A DNA stretch of 63,922 nucleotides, the filler included, from Candidatus Woesearchaeota archaeon CG1_02_57_44 (GTDB taxonomy: Archaea; Nanobdellota; Nanobdellia; Woesearchaeales; CG1-02-57-44), in NCBI GenBank assembly GCA_001871415.1. It is 3 parts of 3 records of this genome, joined end to end, with 100 filler letters (N's around TTAATTAATTAA, not from the genome) between each part and the next. Parts side by side here need not be neighbours in the genome. Positions count along the whole stretch, not along the records: positions 44,140 to 63,922 come from MNWW01000072.1; 2 more parts are not named here. One strand, 5' to 3'. Below the pieces are notes generated by a model, which ran no database searches, was not told the origin of the DNA, and saw nothing but the letters and a program-made list of their open reading frames with translations. Position 1 is the first letter of the stretch. Every line of letters starts with the position of its first letter. Below are positions 46,360-57,058 of the stretch, piece after piece. Both the position numbers and the translations under genes were made by a program.

Positions 46360-46431
46360 TAATTGCCTGAATGTTGGCAGGTGATAGGTTGTCTTGGTTG
46401 GATGGCTTCTGTCATGACCGCGTGCGGCGGG

Positions 46432-47604
46432 TCAGAACCGCAGCTTCCCGATGCGCTCGGCAGCGGCCTTTATCTCTGCCATGGTGGGGACCAGGGCCAG
46501 GCGCACATAGCCTTCTCCCGGGTTCTTGCCATCGATGTCTTTGCTCAGCCAGGATCCCGGCGTCGATACAACAGCTACCTCTGGCTTGAGCAGGGCCTTG
46601 GCGAAATCAACGCTGGTCATGCCTTTGGGGACCTTTTGCCAGATGTAAAGGGTTGCCTCAGGGACGCAACGAGGCAGTCCTGCCTGTTCCAGCGCGTCAA
46701 CCATGATGTCGCGCTTCTCCTGATACTCATCGCGCATCTGCTTGACATGGGTCTCGTCTCCCAGCGCGGCCATGGCAGCGTCCTGGATGAATGTGGCTGT
46801 GCCTGAATCGATATTGGGCTTGAGCTTCTTGAATGCGCCGACAATGTCCTGGTCGCCTGCTATCCAACCGACACGATAGCAGGTCATGTTGCTGCGCTTG
46901 CTCAGGGACTGGACCGAGACCACGCCTTCCTGGGCCAGCTCCAGGATGCCCGTCGGTTTTTGCTCAAAGTACATCTCGGAGTAGCATTCGTCCGCCGCGA
47001 TGATGATGTCATTGTCCTTGCCGAAGTCGATGGACTCCCTGAGATATGCTCTTGGCGCGACCTTGCCCGTGGGGTTGTGGGGGGAATTGAGCCAGAGGAT
47101 CTTCGCCTTCCTGGCTATATCTGAAGGGATGCTGCTGATGTCGGGGAGCATGGTGTTCTCCTCATCGACCGGCAGGAAGTGGCACTTGCCATGCGCGAAG
47201 AGCGTGCCTTTCTCATAGGGCGGATAGCCCGGATTGGGCATGATGACATAGTCACCTGGATTGATGAATGCCAGGGGAAAATTGAAGACAGCCTCTTTTG
47301 CCCCCACGGTGGCGCAGACCTGGGTATCCGGGTCAAGGGTCGCGCCGAACCTGCGCTTGGTCCAATCAGCTACGGCCTGCCTGAACTCTGGCTCACCCGG
47401 CTCGCTCGGATAGCCAGAAGTCGCTCTCGCGTCAATGGCCTTCTTGCAGGCCTCGCGGACTATCACCGGAGTCGGCGCTTTTGGGTCGCCGATGCCAAAG
47501 TCAATGGGCGTTATGCCCTGCGCTTTGAGCTTTCGTACCTCGTTTCGCACATCGACGAACGCGTAGGTGCCCATGCCTGCCAGGATCCTGGATTGCGTGA
47601 TCAT
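46432..47604 (-). CDS. PLP-dependent class I/II aminotransferase (LL-DAP/DapC-like)
   Basis: Motifs FGIGDP, NSPHNPTG, DECYSE, SLSKRSNMTCYRVG and GYVRLAL. Confidence 0.9.
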   Translation of the reverse strand: MITQSRILAGMGTYAFVDVRNEVRKLKAQGITPIDFGIGDPKAPTPVIVREACKKAIDARATSGYPSEPGEPEFRQAVADWTKRRFGATLDPDTQVCATVGAKEAVFNFPLAFINPGDYVIMPNPGYPPYEKGTLFAHGKCHFLPVDEENTMLPDISSIPSDIARKAKILWLNSPHNPTGKVAPRAYLRESIDFGKDNDIIIAADECYSEMYFEQKPTGILELAQEGVVSVQSLSKRSNMTCYRVGWIAGDQDIVGAFKKLKPNIDSGTATFIQDAAMAALGDETHVKQMRDEYQEKRDIMVDALEQAGLPRCVPEATLYIWQKVPKGMTSVDFAKALLKPEVAVVSTPGSWLSKDIDGKNPGEGYVRLALVPTMAEIKAAAERIGKLRF

Positions 47605-47864
47605 GCGGAGATGGGAAGGGAGGGGTTAGAAAAAGGTTGTGATTTCCTGCGATGGGCTTGGTGATAGCTGCTGCGCATGCATTGATGCTAAGCGGCACAC
47701 TGAGGGATAAGGCAGGGGGCTTTTGTGGATGATGTCATCAGTGCTGCATCGTGTCAGGGACTACCAACGGCATCTCGCTGGAGTGCGTCAGGCATCTTTC
47801 ACTGCTGATCAACCGGACGTCATACATGCATCGCATGAGAATCTCAGAAAGGATTTCAATAACC

Positions 47865-49205
47865 CTACGACAGGATGACGCTGCTCTCCTGCAGCTCTGG
47901 GACAGCATCCGGCACCAGCTGGGTCTGGAATTCCTCGAGCGCGGCCTCTGGCTGGAGGGATTCCTGCGCTTGCGTGTCCAGCTCTGCTTCGCTGTCGCTC
48001 AGACTGCTCGCGGTCATCTCCCTGCGCTTCTTCTGGCGCATGATGGCGAAATCATTGAGCACGTTCATCATGGTGATGTAGGACTCGTACGGACTCTCGT
48101 ATGGGTTGAAGTACTTATGCACATCACCATCCGCGAACCATTTAGTGCACATGTAGTAGAAATGATCGCTTGTCTGCAGCTTGCGCCATATCTCCAACGC
48201 TTCAGGGTCCTGCAGGGATTCTACCTCGTCTTTCAGCAGGTATAGCTTTGCCAAAGAGGAGCGCTGCATGTCATTGCCTGTCCAGGCAGAGGTGTCGCGC
48301 TCCACGTCAGCCCAACTCACGGGATACGGCGCGTCTATCTCCCCGACTGGCTGGTACTTGTCCGCCACCTGGCTGGGGGTCAGGAACTCATTGTTCGGAT
48401 GACTGAGGACCTCATTTGGCATGTGCTCGAGGAACTTGAAGATGCCCGTCGTTGCCCACTGATGCTCGCCAAAGGTCTCATAATCCATGAACAGGTTGAT
48501 GCAGTGGCTGCTCTGGTCTGCTGAGACCCACTGCGCGAACTGCGGCGCCGTTAAGGGGTAGGCCTTCCATTCCTTGTTGCCAAAGCGAAACGCGATGTCA
48601 TCAGAGAGCCGGTAGTTCTTGAGCAGGGCCTTTATCTTCCTAGTGCCTGCAGGCTGATACAGGTAATTGGGCGAGCGCCAGGATAGTATCTTTTCAGTGC
48701 CCTCAGCAATGATTGCCTTGTAACCCATCTGCTCGACAATCTGCGCGATGCGATTGGTGAAGATGAGCTCGGTGTTGCGGAACACCTTGGGGCTTTGGCC
48801 AAAGAGGTCCTTCATGAGCTTCTTGTGCATGCCTACCTGTTGTTTGAATTCTTCCTCATTGTACAGGGCCGCAAGGGAGTGATAATACGTCTCACTGAGG
48901 AATTCGCAGCAGCCTGTCTTTGCCAGCTTATGGAACAGCCTGATGAGCTCAGGGCTGTACTTCTGCGCCTGCTCCAGGAAGGTTCCTGTCAGGGAGTACG
49001 AGACCCTGAATTTGCCGCCTAATTGATTGATTTTATTGTAGATGAGATTTGTCGCTGGAATGTAGCATTTTCTTGCGACACGTAGCAGAATCTCCCGGTT
49101 CTTCTCATCATCAAAATACTGCTGATGCTTGCCGATATCGAAGATATTGTACTGCCTGAGCCTGTGCGGCTGATGCACCTGGAAGTACATGCAGACTGAC
49201 ACCAT
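47865..49205 (-). CDS. GH57-family alpha-amylase / glycoside hydrolase
   Basis: Motifs YFQVHQP, ETYYHSL, FRNTELI, LSDDIAFRF, FMDYETFGEH and LQTSDHFYYM. Confidence 0.93.
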   Translation of the reverse strand: MVSVCMYFQVHQPHRLRQYNIFDIGKHQQYFDDEKNREILLRVARKCYIPATNLIYNKINQLGGKFRVSYSLTGTFLEQAQKYSPELIRLFHKLAKTGCCEFLSETYYHSLAALYNEEEFKQQVGMHKKLMKDLFGQSPKVFRNTELIFTNRIAQIVEQMGYKAIIAEGTEKILSWRSPNYLYQPAGTRKIKALLKNYRLSDDIAFRFGNKEWKAYPLTAPQFAQWVSADQSSHCINLFMDYETFGEHQWATTGIFKFLEHMPNEVLSHPNNEFLTPSQVADKYQPVGEIDAPYPVSWADVERDTSAWTGNDMQRSSLAKLYLLKDEVESLQDPEALEIWRKLQTSDHFYYMCTKWFADGDVHKYFNPYESPYESYITMMNVLNDFAIMRQKKRREMTASSLSDSEAELDTQAQESLQPEAALEEFQTQLVPDAVPELQESSVILS

Positions 49206-49546
49206 CAGCAGGGCCTCCGCAAGTCAAGGGTCAGCAAAAATTCGCTTCCCAGTACAGTAAGCAGGCCGATTCCAGCGGCCAGGGGCAGTTGCGCAAGGAT
49301 GATGGCTGGTGAGAAGAGCAGGGCCAGGCAGGTCGTTATCACCTGCATAAGTATCAAGTAGACCCCAAGGCGAGGCGCCCAGGCTATTCTCAGGATGAGC
49401 AGGATGGCTAGGGCGGTAAGCAGCACGGCGCAAGCAGCTGCTGCAGCTCCCAAAATAGCTGTTGTCGGGCTAAATGGCGCTCTGCTAAGCGCAATAGAAA
49501 TGGCTCCTGATGCCAGGGCTGCGGTGAGGGCTAGGGTGACTCTCAT
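49205..49546 (-). CDS. Small hydrophobic membrane protein
   Basis: Four hydrophobic stretches; the stop overlaps the GH57 start (TGATG). Confidence 0.55.
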   Translation of the reverse strand: MRVTLALTAALASGAISIALSRAPFSPTTAILGAAAAACAVLLTALAILLILRIAWAPRLGVYLILMQVITTCLALLFSPAIILAQLPLAAGIGLLTVLGSEFLLTLDLRRPC

Positions 49547-49587
49547 GATGATTTCCTCTTGGCATGCATGTCCTGTTGGCTCCTCAT

Positions 49588-50841
49588 TTACGCCAGAACC
49601 CTCATGGGCTGAAGTTGGGAGTACACGTCAACGCACTTTCGCGCTGGATCGTTCCAGCTGAACTGGTGGACTTCCTGCAGGCCCTTGTCAGACATCTCCT
49701 TATGCAGGGGGGCATAGCGCAGCACAGAGAGGATCTTGCCTGCCAGCTGCTCTACATCCCAGAAATCGACTTTCAGGCAGTGCTGGATGACTTCTGAGAC
49801 TCCTGACTGGCGCGAGATGATGACCGGCGTCTTGTTGCGCATCGCCTCCAATGGCGTTATGCCAAAGGGCTCTGACACAGAAGGCATGACAAAGACGTCA
49901 GCCATGCGAAATGCCTTATCTACGTCTTCTTTGCCTAAAAATCCGGCGAACAAGACCTTATCCCCGATGCCTAGGCTGGCCGCTTCCTCAATCAGCCGAC
50001 TGAGCATATCGCCTGTTCCCGCGATGATGAACTTGACATTCTTCTGATGCTCCAGCACTCGCTTGGCTGCCTTGATGAAGTAATCAGGTCCTTTTTGCAA
50101 GGTGACGCGACCAAGGAACAGGACGACCTTATCGCTCTTGTTGATGGCGAATCGATCGCCTGTCGGATTCGTGAATTCAACCGCGTTGTGGACAACGGTT
50201 ATTTTTTCATCCGGGATGCCGTAATGCTCCATGACCTGGCGCTTGGTGAAATAGGAGACGGTGATTACCCTGTCAGCGTTCTCCATGCCCCAGCGCTCCG
50301 TATCGTAGACCTGCTGATTGGCACCGTTATTTCCGCTCCGGTCGAATTCTGTGGCATGGACATGGACAACGAGGGGTTTGCCGCTGGCTTGCTTGGCCAG
50401 CACGCCCGCAGGATAGGTCATCCAGTCGTGGCAGTGGATGACGTCAAAATCTTCAGCAATAGCTGCTCGTTGCGCCAATAACGCGAATCGCTGGACCTCC
50501 GCAAACAGGTCACGGCCATAGAGCTCGCCCTGCTTATCCAGTTTAATGTGCAGTATCTGCTTATGATGCTCCAGCCAAGCCGCATACTCGCGTGTATTGA
50601 TGTACGGCTGCAACGGGCTGTCGATGGCAATGGTCTTGAGACGCTTCAGGTCGATAGTCGCGTAGCGCTGAGCGTCTTTGACGGTCAGTTTGCCGTTTAT
50701 TTCCTTTGGCAGCGGGCGTGGCAGGACCAGGATGACATCATGGCCAAGATTGGTCAGACCTGTGGTCAGACCTTCGCAGGCAGTTCCCAGTCCTCCTGAC
50801 GACAGGGGTGGAAACTCCCATCCAAACATCAGAATCCTCAC
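49588..50841 (-). CDS. GT4 glycosyltransferase, glycogen-synthase-like
   Basis: Motifs LMFGWEFPP..SGGLG, IHCHDWMT, HVHATEFDR, GRVTLQKG and SEPFGITPLEA; adjacent to GH57. Confidence 0.9.
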   Translation of the reverse strand: MRILMFGWEFPPLSSGGLGTACEGLTTGLTNLGHDVILVLPRPLPKEINGKLTVKDAQRYATIDLKRLKTIAIDSPLQPYINTREYAAWLEHHKQILHIKLDKQGELYGRDLFAEVQRFALLAQRAAIAEDFDVIHCHDWMTYPAGVLAKQASGKPLVVHVHATEFDRSGNNGANQQVYDTERWGMENADRVITVSYFTKRQVMEHYGIPDEKITVVHNAVEFTNPTGDRFAINKSDKVVLFLGRVTLQKGPDYFIKAAKRVLEHQKNVKFIIAGTGDMLSRLIEEAASLGIGDKVLFAGFLGKEDVDKAFRMADVFVMPSVSEPFGITPLEAMRNKTPVIISRQSGVSEVIQHCLKVDFWDVEQLAGKILSVLRYAPLHKEMSDKGLQEVHQFSWNDPARKCVDVYSQLQPMRVLA

Positions 50842-51019
50842 TGGTTCAGACCCCCAAGACCCATCATAAATGTGATGGAAACCCCCTCGTATATATACTT
50901 ATCCTGTCATTTATGAGTGAAAAAGTATTGTCAATATAAATACCTTATTACACAGTAGAAAGGAATAAATATAACATTATATCAGTTAATTGTGGTATAA
51001 ACATTCCAAAGGTGATGGC

Positions 51020-51604
51020 ATGGCAGAAATGACACTTGACCTTCAGGAACGCAAAATCATTGCACAATTGGTACGCAACCCCCGCGTATCGGACAACCAG
51101 ATCAGCAGACAGACCAAGATACCGCTGAATACGGTCAACAGGAAGCGCAAAGGCCTTGAAGCGCGTGGGCTTATATCGTACATGGCCAAAGTGGAATATG
51201 GGCCATATCCTCCGGGCACAGGAACGTTTGGGGCAAGGGTCTTGTACATGGTAACCTTACGTACGGGAGTCACCCGTGCTAGTTTTCTGGAGTTCTTCAG
51301 GCGATCAGAAAAACTAGGGTTCCTGGCAAAACATACCAAACTGTTCTACATGGGTGAGCGGGATGGCAAGGTCCTACTGGTCATGCTCATTGAAAGCAGG
51401 CTGGAGAGCGATATCATCGATATCTTCAATGCGGAGCTGATACCCTGGCTTGAGTCGCAATACGGGCTTGGCTGCGTCAGCCAGGTTGAAGCGGTCACGT
51501 TGCATGAAGGTCTGCAAGTGCTGCATAATTACTTTCAGGGCATCAACATGCAACATGGCAGCATGAAATCCGACTGGCCTGACAGCCTATTGTATCTGGG
51601 CTGA
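51020..51604 (+). CDS. Lrp/AsnC-like HTH regulator
   Basis: KIIAQLVRNPRVSDNQISRQTKIPLNTVNRKRKGLE; GGTGA RBS; divergent from the glycogen genes across an AT-rich promoter region. Confidence 0.78.
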   Translation: MAEMTLDLQERKIIAQLVRNPRVSDNQISRQTKIPLNTVNRKRKGLEARGLISYMAKVEYGPYPPGTGTFGARVLYMVTLRTGVTRASFLEFFRRSEKLGFLAKHTKLFYMGERDGKVLLVMLIESRLESDIIDIFNAELIPWLESQYGLGCVSQVEAVTLHEGLQVLHNYFQGINMQHGSMKSDWPDSLLYLG

Positions 51605-51704
51605 GATGAATCTAATCGGATATTGGTAACAATACCTATTGGCAGTCTGATTTCTATTTTTTACTTATTATTGCAATTATCGCTGAGTATATGTTTTATA
51701 CTAC

Positions 51705-52682
51705 TTATCTCGAAGAATTTGCGTATTCCAGTGCTGTCCTGACTGCAGAGGATTGCTGCTCGGTTGTTGGAAGAACGTTCGCAAGGTAGCGTTCTCCCAT
51801 GCTGTTGCCTGTTAGAGCGGCCATGGCAGGGAGCAGGCAATGTGCAGTATACTGCTGGCCTTCAGGCGTCAGGCAGTAGGACCGGACTTCTCTTGTGCTT
51901 AACCTGCGGACACGGCCTTGCTCAGCCCACCTGCTGAGCAGGGTGTGAAGATAGGGCAGCTTATATGGTCGGCTCAACCTTGCGTTGATGCCTTGTCTGC
52001 TCAGAGGCCCTTGCTGAAGCAATCCCGCAAGCTCTTGCTGCTGGGCGCCCCAAACGTCAATAGGGGTCCCGCTTTCCCATTGATAGAATACTTTTCCAGG
52101 CATCTGCTCCTTTGATTGGGTTACCAACGGCGTTGTAGCCAGGAATTCCAGGTACTCTTGGGTCAGCTGCACTTCGGTCCGGAGCATCTCGCTCGCTGAT
52201 GCTATACTCACCTCGGGTTGGTTGTTCCCTGCTCTAAGGGCCATCAGCAACAAGCAGTCGGCCCGGCCATGTGTTGCCCGCTGATCAGCTGTTGAATTCA
52301 CATAGCCAAAGACTTGCCTGTTGGTCGAGCCAAAGCGTATGCTCATCTGCGGGTACAGAAACTCTACCGTGTCCTGCAATGTCTCTCCCCTGTCACTCAG
52401 TCTCCAGAAGTGCCGGTTCCTGCGCCCCCATGTTTCTGCACTGTGATCCGCGAGATTCCACGGCTCATTGCCAAGGGTGCGCATCAGGTAGGTCAATATC
52501 TTCTGAGGGGACAGGGCAATGCCGTGCGATTGCCCAAGGCGTTCAACCAATCCGGTCGATGTAGTCCACTCCCTATCAAGGGCGCAGAAGACAGCAGCGC
52601 GGGGCTCCCAGGATATGGCGTCAATAAGCAGGTGGAACTGGTCAGACTGGTCAACCGAGGATGGGCTGCTAGCGCTGTTCAT
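51705..52682 (-). CDS. Hypothetical protein, possibly multiple winged-helix domains
   Basis: wHTH-like tails 'FWRLSDRG' and 'YCLTPEG'; otherwise unrecognised. Confidence 0.55.
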   Translation of the reverse strand: MNSASSPSSVDQSDQFHLLIDAISWEPRAAVFCALDREWTTSTGLVERLGQSHGIALSPQKILTYLMRTLGNEPWNLADHSAETWGRRNRHFWRLSDRGETLQDTVEFLYPQMSIRFGSTNRQVFGYVNSTADQRATHGRADCLLLMALRAGNNQPEVSIASASEMLRTEVQLTQEYLEFLATTPLVTQSKEQMPGKVFYQWESGTPIDVWGAQQQELAGLLQQGPLSRQGINARLSRPYKLPYLHTLLSRWAEQGRVRRLSTREVRSYCLTPEGQQYTAHCLLPAMAALTGNSMGERYLANVLPTTEQQSSAVRTALEYANSSR

Positions 52683-52878
52683 TGTGACGGGCAAATTCTG
52701 CTGCGCATATATGCGTTTGCATAATGGGTTTGTGTGCCTGAGCGGGGGTGCTGGTCATCGTTGTTGAGCACTGGGTAGTCTGCTTGGGATATTCCTGCAT
52801 CCCAGTTGCACTGCAATATATGTCATGTAAACGCTTAAATACTAGCGTCACCGCTACAAGACAAAAAGGGGTGAACTC

Positions 52879-54669
52879 ATGGAGCCAAAAGCAACGTTCT
52901 GCTTCGAAGTATCATGGGAAGTCTGCAACAAAGTTGGAGGCATCTACACAGTCGTCAAGAGCAAGGCAGGACAGATGATGGAGTACTATGGCTCCAACTA
53001 CTTCGTCATCGGCCCGTACTTTGTCAAGAAGGCCTATGGTGAGTTCGAGGAAGCAACGCCGCCTGAGCCCTTCAAGAGCATCTTCGCTGACCTATCACAA
53101 CAGGGCATCGACTGCCACTACGGTAACTGGGCGGTCGCCGGCGGTCCTGGTTGCATCCTTATCGATTTCTCACGCTTCGCATCCCAAAAGGACGCTATCA
53201 AGGGCACGCTCTGGGACAAGTATCGCGTCGACAGCTTAGGTACTCAATACTATGATTACGATGAGACCGTGGTCTGGTCGACCGCTGCCGCAAAACTTAT
53301 CGAAGCATTCGCCAAGAAGCAGGACAAACCCGTGGTAGCGCAATTCCACGAGTGGCTCGCGGGCGCTGGTCTGCTGTACTGTCGCATGAACAACGCGCCG
53401 GTCGCGACAGTCTTCACCACGCACGCCACGGTCCTTGGCAGGAGCATGGCATCAGGAGGCCATGATATCTATGGCAATCCTCCGACGGATCCTGATAAGG
53501 AGGCGTATGCCAGGGGTTGTCAGTCAAAGCATCTCACAGAGAGACGGGCGGCAGAGAACGCGCATGTGTTCACCACGGTCTCCGAGATTACCAGTATCGA
53601 GGCGGGCAAGATGCTGCAGAAGCCTGCTGACATCGTGCTGCCCAATGGCTTGCTCAACAAGAATTTTCCTGTCATGGAAGAGGCCTTGTTACAGCATAAC
53701 CGCTATAAGGCGCGCATCAAGGAGTTCATCAGCTATTACTTCTTTCCCTACTATACCTTCGACCTGGACAAGACCCTCATCCTGTTCTTGTGCGGCAGGT
53801 ATGAGTACCATGACAAGGGCATCGACATCTTCGTCAATGCGTTGGGCGAGCTCAACAAGCGCTTGAAGGAAGCCGGCAGCGAGCGCACCGTCGTCGCGTT
53901 CTTCTGGGTGCCGGGCAACATCAGAGGCATTAGGCCAGAGCTGCTCGAGAATCGTGAGCGCTACCATGACATCGCCGAGTCTGTAGATGACAACCTGTCC
54001 AGCATCAAGACTCGGATACTGTTCAACCTCATCCGAAAGCATGATGATATGCACAGCATCTTCCCTGATACGGTCTCCGGGGAGCTTTCGCATAAGCTGC
54101 GCACGTTCACACGCAAAGGGACGCCCCCGCTCAGCACGCACAATCTCTTCAATGAAGACACTGATGAGATCATGCAAGGCTTCAAGGCGGCGGGTCTCAA
54201 CAACACAGAGCAGGACCGGGTCAAGGCCATCTTCTACAGCATCTATCTCACAGGTACCGATGGGTTGCTGCAGACAAGTTATTATGAGTCCATGCTTGGC
54301 TCTCACTTGGGAGTCTTTCCCAGTTATTATGAGCCCTGGGGATATACGCCACTGGAAGCAGGCGCGCTTGGCGTACCTGCGGTCACCACGGACCTCGCAG
54401 GATTCGGCCAGTACATCAAGCATCTTGATCGCCACGACGCGGGCAAGCGTGGCATCTTCATCCTTGACCGGCTTGGAAGAACTGAGCAAGATGTCACAGC
54501 CCAGCTCACCAGAGTTTTGCACGATTTCGTGAACCTTGATAGGGAGGGCAGGATGCGTCATAAGCTTGAAGCGAAAAAGCTGGCGGCGCTCGCTGACTGG
54601 AAAGTGTTCGCGGAGCATTATCTCGAGGCCCACAATAAGGCAGTCACCCGGTTGCAGGGGGGAGCATAA
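52879..54669 (+). CDS. GT3-family glycogen synthase
   Basis: Motifs FEVSWEVCNKVGGIYTV, QFHEW, TTHATVLGR, GRYEY..KG and GVFPSYYEPWGYTPLE. Confidence 0.93.
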   Translation: MEPKATFCFEVSWEVCNKVGGIYTVVKSKAGQMMEYYGSNYFVIGPYFVKKAYGEFEEATPPEPFKSIFADLSQQGIDCHYGNWAVAGGPGCILIDFSRFASQKDAIKGTLWDKYRVDSLGTQYYDYDETVVWSTAAAKLIEAFAKKQDKPVVAQFHEWLAGAGLLYCRMNNAPVATVFTTHATVLGRSMASGGHDIYGNPPTDPDKEAYARGCQSKHLTERRAAENAHVFTTVSEITSIEAGKMLQKPADIVLPNGLLNKNFPVMEEALLQHNRYKARIKEFISYYFFPYYTFDLDKTLILFLCGRYEYHDKGIDIFVNALGELNKRLKEAGSERTVVAFFWVPGNIRGIRPELLENRERYHDIAESVDDNLSSIKTRILFNLIRKHDDMHSIFPDTVSGELSHKLRTFTRKGTPPLSTHNLFNEDTDEIMQGFKAAGLNNTEQDRVKAIFYSIYLTGTDGLLQTSYYESMLGSHLGVFPSYYEPWGYTPLEAGALGVPAVTTDLAGFGQYIKHLDRHDAGKRGIFILDRLGRTEQDVTAQLTRVLHDFVNLDREGRMRHKLEAKKLAALADWKVFAEHYLEAHNKAVTRLQGGA

Positions 54670-54721
54670 AATTTATAAGCAACCTGGGTCTCGAAACAAT
54701 CAAAAAAGGGGTGTATGATAC

Positions 54722-55387
54722 TTGCGTGACTTAGCAGCGCACGGAAAGGAGTTTTGGCTTCATTCAGGACGGCAGATCCGCAGCATCAAGGAGCTGCGCG
54801 ACGCCTTGCGCTATGTGGATGACAGCATCTTCTATTTCCATGTCACGAGCCAGAAGAATGATTTCGCCAACTGGATACGCGATGTCTTTGAGGAGCATGA
54901 TCTTGCGTTTCGCATCAACGAGATCCGCGGCCGCGAGCGTATGATAGACGCGCTATCGACATATATCCATCAGCAGTCTGGCGGTGCCCTGTCCGCGAAG
55001 CCAGCGCCAAAGCCATCAGCGCAGTCTCCTGTACTAGGTCCGACAACGACAGGGTCATCGCCCGCACAGGTAGCTGCAAGGGCCGAAGTTGCTCCTTTTG
55101 CGTCTCCTGTTACGCAATCAGCGCCTGTCCGTCCCGGCATGATTGGCAACGCCAAGGATGAGCCAAACGACCAGGAGATAAGCCAGATACTCGATCGCAT
55201 CAACAAGATACTCGAAGAAGAGAAACGCATCGAGGACCAGGGCAAGGAGATTCTACGCAAAGAATCCTTGCTCGAGCGGGTCATGAACACGCACCGCGAG
55301 CCTATCGAGCTCGTGCTCAAGGGCATTATGATGGGCCTTGCCATCAGCATTGTCATGATCATCGGCTATACAGTATTATTCACCTAA
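54722..55387 (+). CDS. DUF5752-like domain protein with linker, coiled coil and C-terminal TM anchor
   Basis: Motif 'FWLHSG..I.S..EL...FYFHV...NDFANWIRDVF'; Pro/Ser-rich linker; hydrophobic C-terminus. Confidence 0.72.
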   Translation: MRDLAAHGKEFWLHSGRQIRSIKELRDALRYVDDSIFYFHVTSQKNDFANWIRDVFEEHDLAFRINEIRGRERMIDALSTYIHQQSGGALSAKPAPKPSAQSPVLGPTTTGSSPAQVAARAEVAPFASPVTQSAPVRPGMIGNAKDEPNDQEISQILDRINKILEEEKRIEDQGKEILRKESLLERVMNTHREPIELVLKGIMMGLAISIVMIIGYTVLFT

Positions 55388-55398
55388 GGGGGGGAACT

Positions 55399-55773
55399 AT
55401 GGCACCAAGAAAAAAGAAAAGCATATCAGAACCAAAGGGATCAAAAGCACCGAAAAAGACCACTACCAAGAAAGCGGCCGCTGGAAACTCGAAGGTGAAC
55501 GTGACCTTCTTCAGCGATGTTCCAAACGATGTCGGGTTCGGTCTGTGCGATGGCACGCAGCTGCTCAACCTGCTTGAGCTCTCTGACGCGCTGCTTCGCA
55601 TGAGCGATGACGTGTTCTTCTATCACGTGCGCCACGACGCCAATGACTTCTCCAACTGGATACGCGATATCCACAAGGACGAGAAGCTCGCGGGCATCCT
55701 CTCGCTCTGCCAGAGCAGAGAAGAGATGAACCACTACCTGCTCCGGTATTTGCTGGAACAGATGAAGAAGTGA
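55399..55773 (+). CDS. DUF5752-like domain protein
   Basis: Motif 'F.LCDG..L.NL.EL...FFYHV...NDFSNWIRDI'; Lys-rich N-terminus. Confidence 0.75.
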   Translation: MAPRKKKSISEPKGSKAPKKTTTKKAAAGNSKVNVTFFSDVPNDVGFGLCDGTQLLNLLELSDALLRMSDDVFFYHVRHDANDFSNWIRDIHKDEKLAGILSLCQSREEMNHYLLRYLLEQMKK

Positions 55774-55909
55774 GATAGCAGGGCTGATTGCCCTGATTTG
55801 TTTTCTTTTTCCTTTTATATCCTTGCTGAATGCCTGCTACGTCTCTGCGCCGCTCAATATTTATTCTCCAATTGTTTCCCATCATCAACTTAGCTGATGA
55901 GGTGTTTGC

Positions 55910-56686
55910 ATGGCAGGATTCAACCTTGACGGTATCGAGCGCATGATGGTCTTCGGGGCGCACCCTGATGACGAGATCATCGGGCCGGGTGGAAGCATCC
56001 ACGGGCATCATGAGCGTGGTGGACAGGTAGCTGTCGTCACATTCACGGGTGGAGGAACGGCCGCTGCCAGCCCCGCTGCGATGGACGCCATGATTGAGCA
56101 GCGCAGGCGTGAGATGAAGGCTGCTGACGACATCCTGGGGGTCGACACCAGGTACCTCTTACAGGTGCCGTCACAACAAGTGTATGGCGCGGTCATGGGC
56201 AGTGTCCCGGTCTATGATAGGGACGCCCCGGGCAACCAGCTGACATTGCACCACAAGCTCATCAGACTTATCCGGGAGTATCAACCCGACCTCATCTTCA
56301 CGCACTCGCCTGACAACCACCGCGACCACTGCGGCATCGCGCTCATCACCTCCCAGTCTGTCTTCCAGGCATCTGAGGCCATACTCGACCACCTCGGCGA
56401 ACCGCACAACGCCTCTCTTGTGCTTCACTACAGCGTCGAGCGTGAGCTCGAGGGTGACTACTCGTCCAACCTGGTGCTGGAGATTGGACAAGCAGACCTT
56501 GACGCCAAGATGACAGCTATGGAGACGCAGGTCTCACAGACGCGTGGCGATTACTTGCAGCACTTCAAGGACATGATGCAGGGCAGGGCCCTGCTCTGGG
56601 GCGCGAAGCATTTCGGGGCGGGCAGATACGCAGAGCCATTCCATGTGAGCGGCAATACTCCGATCAGAATCGCGCTGGGACGGTAA
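55910..56686 (+). CDS. PIG-L/LmbE-family deacetylase
   Basis: Motifs GAHPDDE, RRREM..A, PDLIFTH..D.HRDH, SQ and YAEPF. Confidence 0.9.
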   Translation: MAGFNLDGIERMMVFGAHPDDEIIGPGGSIHGHHERGGQVAVVTFTGGGTAAASPAAMDAMIEQRRREMKAADDILGVDTRYLLQVPSQQVYGAVMGSVPVYDRDAPGNQLTLHHKLIRLIREYQPDLIFTHSPDNHRDHCGIALITSQSVFQASEAILDHLGEPHNASLVLHYSVERELEGDYSSNLVLEIGQADLDAKMTAMETQVSQTRGDYLQHFKDMMQGRALLWGAKHFGAGRYAEPFHVSGNTPIRIALGR

Positions 56687-57058
56687 ACTGGCCGTGATTG
56701 CGGTGAACCTTACCGTTGCAGCGATGTGTGGAACTCACAGATAATGCTATGCTTCCGTGTTCGCCTGCGCCTGACGTTCGCGCGTCACGCGTTCCTGGCA
56801 GGGAGGGCAGTAGATGAGCTTGGACTCCCCCTTGTTGACAAGAAATCTCTTCCTGCACAGTCTGCAGTGCTTCACGATACGATAGTCTACCATCGGGTCA
56901 GCGTTTAAAGCGCCTCCTCCCCGAAAACTCAGACTTGGACTCTATCGCATGCGAGCCACAGGCCTTGCACGTCAATGTCGTGGTCCCCCGCGAATTTTTC
57001 CCATGACGATAATTAGTGGTCGACTTTATCTTGGAACTCTTACACTGCTTGCAATTCA

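Noticed and set aside
56690..57050. Possible ncRNA in a 360-bp intergenic gap
   Set aside because: No tRNA, SRP or RNase P motifs and no convincing long stems were recognised by eye. An Rfam scan would be needed.
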